This document shows positions 53,772 through 64,000 of a stretch of 64,000 bases of DNA, piece by piece. The notes under the pieces are model-generated. The model did not search any database and was not told the DNA's origin. It worked only from the letters and a program-made list of their open reading frames with translations. Positions within the stretch are counted from its first letter, which is position 1; the number at the start of each line of letters is the position of its first letter. The position numbers and the translations under genes are program-made. This DNA is from Azolla caroliniana (Eukaryota > Plantae > Polypodiophyta), in contig JBHGNT010000003.1 of the NCBI GenBank assembly GCA_043228905.1, forward strand, positions 186,001-250,000. The letters run 5' to 3'.

Positions 53772-56641
53772 CAAGAATGGGTATGATGTACATGATCTTT
53801 ACCCATTCTATTTATTAGCCTGCATTGTATTATCGATGAGTTTATGTGATTTGTGAGATCTCAATAAAACAGAGGTTTTAACATGGTTCTTCTTACCACA
53901 GGATCCTCTGCTAGCTGCTTCATTATGGATATCTCTATCAGAAGTTGTAATTATTACTATACAGGTAGAAGTTTGAAGGTGTGGACTGTTCTTTAATACG
54001 TGAATTGAAATTCCTCATCCAGAAAGATTTGGCTGTGGACAGGATGATAGGCAAAGCACCTATTCTTGTCCCATGTCATAACTATCGGTTACTATGAATT
54101 CGTCGATCCAAATACTGTAACGTGAAGAGTAGTTATGTGCAATTTTCTTTTTCCTTTTGTATGTCTCTGCAATTAAAAAATGGACATTATAAAAACAGAG
54201 AATAAATTGATATGATTTTATATATGTATGTGCCATTTTAGTCCATGGCCGTATATTTTATCTGCTTCTCATTAGCATTTCCATCAGATCCAACCAATCA
54301 AATTAATGTCATTGATCATTATGGACTACTGCTGCTTGCTCACTTATGGTTTCGCCTATACATCAGTTTTTTTATAAGTTGGTGGGATATATTGCCACAT
54401 TTGGACATAAATGTTATTTAAACTAGATCTATTGAACCGATTGACTAGATTTTTCTATTGTCCTAGTGGAATGATATCACCCATTGTTAGGCAGCCGGTT
54501 TGTTAATCATAATTTTTAAGGGTTATTTTGGTCAATTTGTATATATGGTGAGATTTTACTTGGAAATTGCAGTGACAAGATTGGGTAGATGCAGCCTTTT
54601 GAGGAGGGAATGTTGTTAGACAATGTAGTGGTGAAAGAATGTGATGCATCCAAAATGGATACAACCAATATTGGGTCATTGTCATTAGATGTAGAACACC
54701 AGCCCTTACACATTGTGACAAAAAATTCACACTTTTATCAATTGCATTAGTGTACAAACGGACAAGAAGTATATTATGCAACCTTGCTGTGAAAAGGCTT
54801 ATCTATATGCAAATGTGGTTGAGAGTTATGACATGAACATCTTGCTTAGTATAGATGTGAAAACAAATTGGAAGCAATTAAAGGATGCTCTCGAGGTAGG
54901 GCATTGATATTTTAGTATATGTGTAGGTGGACATCGAATGCTTAGAAAAAAAAGTCAAGAATATGTTGGATAATAGATTGCAAAAGCAAGCTTGGAACAT
55001 AGTATACATGACACAAGAAAACACTGAAATTCTCTCATCAGGTTGGTTGCTTTACATTATGAAATGGTTTAAGAGATGAGTAGTAAAAGATCTATTGGAG
55101 CTCTCCAATAATGCTATGTGATCATTGAGGATAGCTTATAGAGACACTAAGGATGAAGTGGCAAAATCTAAAATGTCAAAATGTTAACCCCCAATATTTG
55201 CCACAATGTAAGGCAAACATACAAGTATGTATTCGATTGCATTTCACTACCCCCATGAACCTTGGCTCTTGAAGAGCCTTAACAATTCTTTGAGCTTGGT
55301 CTCACGAAGAGTTTGAGGAAGCATCATGGCAACTTGGCTCTTGAAGAGCCTTAACAATTCGTTGAGCTTGCTATCACAAGTTTGAGGTTAAGGAAGCATC
55401 ATGGCATCATCACCCAACGATGAAGAAAACCTAGTGGAGGATAAATATTACTTATCGCATGCTCAACATATCCACGCGAAATATGATGACTTGTTAGTTG
55501 GCACCAGAATTTAATTGTCATACTCAAATGTCAACAAAAAATTGTGAACTTTTTTTTCATGTAGAGAGTTTTTAGTGTAGTGTAGTAACCCCCTTCTTAC
55601 GATGGAGTTGCATAAAAGATGATATGTTATTTGGTCTCATAGATCAAGATTGGCCGCCTCATGGATGATAAAATATCTTTTCTATTTTAAGTTGAGATAT
55701 TGGAAAACAAAATTGCTCGATAACATTTCTAAAAAGCATGCATATTGCTAAGACATTGTGTTGCAACCTTGTTGATGGAGATGAATTCAAAAGTTGATGA
55801 TGCTTTTAGCATCAACAGCCCACAAAATATGTAAAAAGTCCAAATGAAGGGCATCCAAATAGAGACAAATCATTGCCACCAAAATGTGCTAAATTTGATA
55901 CACATAATGATTCTTCTAACTGATGGAGTTATGTCAATAATTTCTCTTTATTGGGCAGACAATTTCTCTTGGGGCTTATCAAAGAAATTGATATGTGATT
56001 CTTCGTTTATAAAAATAGCTGCATTGAGACATTTGCTGGATACACATATACATAAATTAGTATTCATATTTTCTTAACCACCAAGAAATTGAAAAACACA
56101 ACATATGGACACTACGCAAAACATTATCGTTTCATACATGTAGCTTTATGGCCAATGTTCTCCACAATTATTTTTGCGTTTGAATTAGAATATAAATCTC
56201 GCTCTTTCACGAAGAATGCATTTTGTTCCTCCCCTAACATTGACAATCATGCACAAGGTTCCATCCATTAACTTCTTGATGTACCTTTGTTTCTGTTTCC
56301 AACTAACACATCCCACCAGCATTCTATGTTCCCATGATGTGAAGAGCAAATAAAATCACAATGCATCCATATCAAGTTGTGATATCCTAGTTTACAGACA
56401 CATGAATGAAAAGAAACCTAAATGCGCCAGGATTAGCATCCAACCACACATCCAATTTGCTCAATAAAAAAGGTCAAGATATATGTAACTTAATGTCACT
56501 TGATTTCTTTATAATAAGCTTGAGACATGTCATCGTTTCAAATTATTTGGTTTCTCATTTCTATCCATGATAACACTATATTTGTTTATTATCAATTTTA
56601 GTCCTTCCTATTGTTGTTTCTATAGAGGATGGAAGCGCCAC

Positions 56642-59600
56642 CTTATCTTGAGTTATTTCCTGCTCCATATTTTCAGACATCATTAATGATAGCAAGGAGT
56701 TTGATCTACACATAGAAGCATCCTGAAAAACAAAGGCTGTGAATTCAATCTTCAAATTGAATGATTGGTTACCAGCTAACATCAACTGCATAATAATATT
56801 TCCCATGAATCACAAATTTTCAAAGACTTCGGTTATATAAATTAATTCAATCCTTTTTGAGATGAAAATAGATCATCTTAAGACACATTTAGGAACATTT
56901 TCTTAAAAATACAGAAAGGGCGCTGACTCCTGAAGCATGCAACATTTTGTTTCACTAGAATAAATCTTTTTTTCAGGTAAAGTTTAGCTATTTAGAAGTA
57001 GTCAAAGAAGTTCCAACTACACTAGTCACAGGTCATCAAACACAACCATTATCTACAATTCCATTGGATGAGACAAAGACGTCTATTATGTACACATAAC
57101 GTAGGTGAGGGTAGGTCGTTAATATTTACATAAGTGAAGGGTATGTTCACTAATGTTAAAGAGGGGACTTATATGATTAGATAGAAGGAATCATAGATGC
57201 ATGCATTGTCATGATTTGAACAACCAATGAATGGAGAGCCTTCTAGAAAGGCACATCTATTCAAGGGGCCTAGAAACAGGTATAAATATGAGGCATGTTA
57301 CCCTCATAAGCACATTAAGTCGGAAGGCTGCTGTCTTAGACACCGGTGGTGCGGGCTAGGCTTTCATCCCGACGATCATGTTATCTCTTCCAAGGTATTA
57401 GTCAACCTAATATCCGGTGGTATGGAACGTCAATGGTAGGTTGGCTATGTCTAGATCATAGCTCGGGGGTGGTCGGGTGGAGCGGGTTCTTCTATCCAAT
57501 CTATTTTCTTTCTTTTTACTTTATTTTGGTCTATTGATTAGTATCAGAGCAGTTACTAACATTTTTTTTTGTTGTTTTGATGTTTTTTGCATGTGAGCGA
57601 TGGGGATCTAACAATTCTCGTCATGCTCTTCACAGGATCAAAACAACATTCTTAACCCGATATTCTTCTTTCTCAATCTCTCTCCTTTTCTATGATGCGT
57701 TCTTCTCGGTCGAATCACATTTGTATTACATTTTCTTTTCTTTCTTTCTTCTTGCTACCATGCTACGATTTTAATTATTATTGTGCATCGGGCCGAGCGT
57801 GTTTGGACTAATCGCACAAGCTCAACTCATGGCCCTTTTGCATATTGCGATGTATCTCCCACTCTCCCCACTCTTGCGCCATCTCTTACGATTATAATTA
57901 TTCTTGTGCATCGGGTCAAGCGTGTTTAACCTAATCGCACATGCTCTCCTCATGGCCCTTTTGCATATGATGTTGAGTATGCCACCCTTCCCTTTACTGA
58001 GCCCTCACTTGGCCGATTCTATGGGATGTTGTGGCCTTGATGAGGTGTATGTCGCTTACCTATGCCACTCCACTCTCTATTGAGCCATCACTTGGCCGAT
58101 TCTATGGGATGTGGTGGTCTTGAGGAGGTGCATGTCGATTACCCTAGGGTTTCTTACATTATGGCATGCTTAATGTTTCATACACCTAATTGATTATTAT
58201 TCTACCTATTTTCTAATTACACAAGTTATCTTCTCCCTTTCTTAAGATTTTCTTATGATATTCATCTACCTACCCACACTTCACAGTTTTTTTAACCTTA
58301 ATTTTTATGTTCATCAACACTATTTACGTGTGTTTCCCTATTGGGTAACGATTTTGTGTAGTCTATTTTTTTCGTATTGAGTGGGCATCATGCCACTTTT
58401 TAAATATTTTTCCAAAGTGTCCTCTAGGTTCAACTCATGTAATTGAGCTGTAGAACTCGATTAAAAACACATGAGTTCCCCTATTGATGTTTAAATACTC
58501 ATAAATTTGAGTACTATATCTTTGCGCACAACACCACCACCATTTGTATCAACTTGTGGCTTATGTCACAATTGTGTAAATTACAATCGCCATATTGGGA
58601 TGGATATGTGCATACCTCACACCATCCATTTATTTGTGGTATTTTTGTTTCGTAAACAACACATGGTTTTTGAACCTTGTTTTTGTCACTGCTTGACTCA
58701 TATAGGTAGTGAGTTATTTTTCTCTTTTTGTCATAACATTTTCTTGTTACTCACAAGACTAGAATATTACTTTGAGTGCATTTGTTTTTGCACGTAATAC
58801 ACTTTCTCAACCATATCAATACATGCTGAGTTGGCATTTTAATATAAGGCTAACTAGGAAATTACATTGATGCTAGAACCATGGTTGAGCCTCGGGAGCC
58901 ACCATGATTATTCAAGATAGAGATCTGAGAAAGACATCTTTGCTATGTTTTCTCCCATGGTTTTTAAAACACCATAATGTTACTATAGTTATCGGATCTC
59001 GAATCACATCTCATATATTTAGAGGGGTAAAGACATGAGATGCTTTCTTGGATAAAGTTATTCCAATCAAAATTTCAAGCATTCATTTTGCTTGTGTATT
59101 TTCTGAACCTCCTTATTTATATTGTATACACACAGCTTGCATCATGGAACAAGTTTTGAACACTATTGGAGCGATCTCTCCAACCGAGACCTCTTAACTC
59201 CAATCCGCATCTTGCACACAAGCTGAGATCACTATTGAGGAATTGCTCACTGCTACCTTAAATCTATTGGCCGAAATTAGGCAAGCCAATATGGCTTTAG
59301 AAAAGAAATTCCAAGAATTGACTATTGACTCCAAGAAAGAAGGTGAACCTTCTTTCGTAGTCACGCCATTCAAGGGAGATAAGAAAGAAAGAACCAAGGA
59401 GGCCATTAACACTTGGCTTGGTCGTTGGGAGTCTCACTTTGAGCTCCATCCCAAGCCTGATGCTATAAAAATTGGTTATGTCGATCGTGAGTTCGGTGGC
59501 CGAGTTGTTGCTTGGTGGCACAACCTAAGGACTGCAAAGAACTTACCCACAACTTGGGAAGGTTTCATTGATGTTTTTAAGAAACAATTCTTGCAGCCAC

Positions 59601-62600
59601 CTTCTTAAACCGAACAAGCACAAAACTTGCTCACGTTGTCGAGCAAGCCATTTACCTCTCTCGAGGATTATATGCATCATGCTTGGACCTAGATCCAAAA
59701 ATCGGGACTTACGGGTGAGAAATGGTTTGTCGCTTGTTTTTTGAATGGTATTCCCAATGGGGATTACCATTGGATTGTCCATGAGAAGAACCCCACAACT
59801 TTCGAGGAAGCCGTCAACATTGTACTTCGGTACCATAGGACTTTCAAGAAAGACCACAATAAACTTGAGTTCGACAAAACTCTGAATGTCAAGTTCATTG
59901 GGAAACGTAAACAATCTAGTGACACTTTGGACCACGACTCAAAGAAACCCAACCTCTTCTGTGCATATTGCAAGAAGCGGGGCCACACAAAGGATACTTG
60001 TCGTCGTCTTGACAGGAAGTCAATGAACACCCCTCAAGAAAAAATCTACGAGTCACACAGGTGAGTCTTTCAATGTTATTGATGTTCATACCAACCACTT
60101 AAGTTCATGTGAATGCACTTTTCCTTCACATTTACTTGGACCTAATGATTTACTCCGAGCGGTCGAGTATATCAATGGAACACAAGCACATTTATTGTTT
60201 GATTCTGGTAGTTTTCACAATTTTCTAATGATCACTTGGTGCAGCAAATGCAATTCCACATAAACGCTAGTGATCATATCTATCAAGTTCACATGGCAAA
60301 TAAAGACATTCAATACATCATTGTCAACCGCCAATTCAAATAGATACCTATCTAGAGAAGCTTGACTTTCATGTTATAAAACTACAATCGACAGATATCA
60401 TTTTAGGATACCCTTGGTTTTTTAATAAAAACCCTTCTTTGTTCATTGATTGGGTTAATCACTAAACATTTTATTCAATATTCCAAACTTCCTGCTCGTT
60501 CACTTGCGCCTTCTAAATCTTTAAATGAGTATTCTCGTTCATCAATTTATTCGTGTGTAATTGATCCCGCGCTTCAATTTTATTATTTTAATCTTGACTC
60601 CACGCAATTACCAAATTATGAACGACAATTACTCAATTCTATTTTAGAAGATTTTCAAGACGTGTTTCCTAACGAATTGCCACTTACTTTACCACCATAA
60701 TGTAATGTGAACCACCAAATTGAACTCATCTGCGGTGCAGCTCTTGTGAGCATTCCACCTTATCGACTTAATCGATTAGAAGAGGATGAGATCGCTAAAC
60801 AACTTAAGGAATACTTGAGTATGGGCCACATTAGGTATAGTAAATCACCTTAGGGTGTGCTAGTTCTATTAGTTAAGAAAGAAGGTTCATGGAGAATTTG
60901 TATCAATTATCACTGTTTGAATAAAATGACAATAAAAGATGCATATTTGTTACCTCGTACTGATGATTTGATTAATTGTTTGCATGGGCCCCAATATTTT
61001 ACGAAAATTGATTTACAAACAAGTTATCATTAGATTCACATTGCCGAGGATGATATTCCTAAAACCATTTTTCGTACGTGTTATGGCTATTATGAGTTTT
61101 TAGTCATGCCATTTGGGTTGACTAATGCTCCAGCCACATTCCAACAAGCGATGAATGACATTTTCGAGATCAACTCGGTGATTTTGTTTTCGTCTTATTG
61201 GATGATATTCTCATATATAGTCGTACCTTGCAAGATCATGTTCAACATGTTCGATTTGTTTTACAAAAGTTGGGTGACAACTCTTTCTATGCAAAACATT
61301 CAAAATGTGTTTTTTTCCAAAAACCTATTGTATATCTAGGTCATTTAATTACGGAAAATGGTGTTGAAATTGAACCTTCTCGTATTGAAAAGATTAAACT
61401 TTGGCCCATTCCTCGTAATATTCGTGAACTTCAATCATTCTTAGGATTTGTTGGATTTTTTTTCCAAATTGACTGCACCATTAATTGACCTTTTAAAAGG
61501 TCATCCACGCAAGTCTGTCAAACCAATTTCCTGGAATGAAAAACTTGACACAACACTTGAGACACTCAAAGAGCATGTGTGTCAAGATCCCACTCTTCTA
61601 TGACAGGACCCTTCCAAGCCTTCCTCAATTGGCACCGATGCTAGTGATTATGCTATTGGTGTCGTCCTTTATCAAGGCGGTCACCCTATCACTTTTGAAA
61701 GTAAAAAGCTTGATGCTACTCAATCTCGGTATTTGGTTCAAGAGAAAGAGTTGTTCGCGGTAATACATACACTAAAAACATGGAGGCATTATCTCTATGG
61801 AAATCAATTTGTGGTTACAACATACCATCAATCCTTGAAGTATTTTTGTGACCAGCCAGATCTTGTTGGTCGTAAAGGCCATTGGGCTGACCTTATGTAA
61901 GATTTTGATTTTTCCATACAATATCGCAAGGGTTCTATGAACACGCAATTGTTTTGCAAGACGTGAACCAAATGTTGCATATTGCCAAAGAGAATGTTTG
62001 GACAGCTCAAGATCGTGCTCTATTTTATGCTAATCAAGATAGATGTCCTCATGCATTTACCATTGGTCAAAAAGTTTTTTTGTATGTCCCTACTGACTCT
62101 ACGTCATTGTCTACGAGCAAGTGCGCTAAGTTAGCCCCACGATATTGTGGCCCATTTGAAATCCTTAAGCGAGTTGGATCATCTGCTTATCACCTTGCCT
62201 TACCCCCGTTTTCACATCAATCATTTAAAACCATTTTTAGGCTCTAGTGATAACACCATCATCATCCAAGATCTTGTAACATTTAGAGGATTTTTCTTAC
62301 AAACCTTATGTTCTTGAACGAATTCTTGATTCTCATTCTAAACATTTACGTTCTAAAGAGATTTGGCTATTCAAGATCAAATGGATGGATAAACCTATTA
62401 ATGATGCCACATGGGAATGCAAGCATACTCTTAAGGCACAATTTCCTCATTTTATATTGCAAGAGAGCAATCTTTTGAAGTAGGGGAGTATGTTATGTAC
62501 ACATCACGTAGGTGAGGATATGTCATTAATATTTACATAAGTGAAGGGTATGTTCACTAATGTTAAAGAGGGGACTAATATGATTAGATAGAAAGAATGA

Positions 62601-63600
62601 TAGGTGCATGCACTATCATGATTTGGATAACCAATGAATGGAGAGCCTTTTAGAAAGGCACATCTATTCGAGGGGCCTAGGAACAGGTATAAATATGAGG
62701 CATAGTTACCCTCATAAACACATTACGTTGGAAGGCTGTTGTCTTAGACACCGGTGGTGCGGGCTAGGCTTTCGTCTTAACGATCGTGTTATCTCTTCCA
62801 AGGTATTAGTCAACCTAATATCCGATAGTATGGGACGTCAATGATAGGTTGGCTATGTCTAGATCATAGCTCGAGGGTGGTCGGGTAGAACGGGTTCTTC
62901 TATCCAATCTATTTTCTTTCTTTTTACTTTATTTTGCTCTATTGATTAGTATTAGACTCTTAGCAACATCCCAAACAATGTTCCTTTTCCTCAATTACAT
63001 TATAGGGGGAGATTCACTTGATATTAGAGATGCAACTAGAAAGAGAACTGTAAATTTACCTTGATATGTGCCCTCCATGAAGTATCAAACTCATGAGTAT
63101 GCATAACAATTTGTCCACTAGATAGAGAACGATAATAATGCCCTGATCAATCCAAACATTAACATATATTATTGCAAATTGAATAGAAATTTTTAATGTA
63201 ACAGTAAATCTAAAAATTATCATCCTTCCCAATAGCGCTTCTCTTATTATAAACAAACTAGATATTTGATCCTTGTGATGCTAAAGGCTCGACATATTAA
63301 ACTAGAAATAATTTTTAGAAACATAAACAACCATATCATGACCGTTATTTTCCAAAGAATAGCTTACTTCGAATCGGCATCTTTGTATGCCTACGGGGTG
63401 GGGATGATGATCTGAATTAAAGAATCAACAAAACTCACCAAATTATAATCTTCGCTGTCATGTTTTAAAGCTTCATAAACAACATAAAAAAAATCATCCT
63501 AGTCAGATCTACCTATTACGATTTCTCTGCACACTCCTATGATTAATGGGCGACAATTCTGTTGATAGATGCCATGACAATGTTTGGAACACATTTGAAT
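56642..63600 (-). CDS. Probable internal exons of an unidentified gene entering from the right edge (63600-63513, 63411-63368, 63142-63060, 56722-56642)
   Basis: Four short segments with AG/GT borders and compatible phases give one open frame: [98 protein letters not shown]. No family recognised; start and stop not located. Confidence 0.45.
57084..57546 (+). repeat. 5' LTR of gypsy element
   Basis: 463 bp, TA(TG)...TATCA, homologous to 62491-62954. Confidence 0.9.
62491..62954 (+). repeat. 3' LTR of gypsy element
   Basis: 464 bp, starts TGTTATG right after the PPT. Confidence 0.9.
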
Positions 63601-64000
63601 CTGAAATTTATAATTAGACTCTGTCAGAATTTATCAGCATTCTCTGTCTCTCACACACATTTGGATGCAAGATATGAAGATATAGTTTGAAGAAAGGATG
63701 CATAATGTTTGCTTCATGATGCATCAGTAAATTCCCCGATGAATGAGATTTTTTGCAACACCAAGGCTCACATTTCACACATTATATCATACATGTTGCA
63801 CCAAACTACAAAAGCATCTTCTCTGAACAGGGAAATCACACTCATCAATGCATGCTAGAGCCCAACCCTTGTTAGAAATATTGAGAATCGATTAGATAGG
63901 TATATAGAGTTACAATTACAGAGATGGATATATAAAAACAAAACTTCAATTACATATGAGAGTAGCTCACAATGGTAGTTACCCATGCGCTCACAACTTA

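Larger units (their letters stand above)
57084..62954 (+). mobile_element. Ty3/gypsy chromovirus LTR retrotransposon, defective (integrase core deleted)
   Basis: LTRs 57084-57546 and 62491-62954 (~35 differences by eye, mostly transitions). PBS tagtatcagagc; PPT gaagtaggggagta. Gag with [14 protein letters not shown], protease LFDSGS, RT ([21 protein letters not shown]), RNase H (TDASDYAIG), GPY/F module (PRYCGPF) and chromodomain (ERILD...IKW...DATWE). TSD imperfect (gacgtc / gactc). Confidence 0.94.

Overview
Eukaryotic nuclear DNA from a land plant (AT-rich, GT-AG introns, microsatellite-rich UTRs, TE-filled introns). A fern-like genome is my guess from gene style, not proven. Hand-splicing gives six complete protein-coding genes: a class B heat-shock factor (HsfB4/SCHIZORIZA-like, +), plastid threonine dehydratase (OMR1/ilvA, -, 9 exons), a small mitoribosomal mS41/IGR-motif gene invisible in the ORF track (-, 3 exons, probable GC-AG intron), a tandem CCCH zinc-finger gene with only four fingers (+), plastid stromal Hsp70 (+, 8 exons) and an unrecognised acidic ~647-aa protein with a C-terminal membrane anchor (+). 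There are also phase-compatible exons of a probable seventh gene (-) running off the right edge. Mobile DNA includes an intronic Ty1/copia element with near-identical LTRs and a perfect TSD, a Ty3/gypsy chromovirus, a solo LTR, a non-autonomous hAT element with an 8-bp TSD, and LINE/LTR relics. Both two-LTR retroelements lack the integrase catalytic core while keeping GAG, PR, RT and RNase H. I found no clearly new multi-gene system. The best leads are the orphan tail-anchored protein, the integrase-less retroelements, the PBS that overlaps the gypsy LTR, and the hidden genes.
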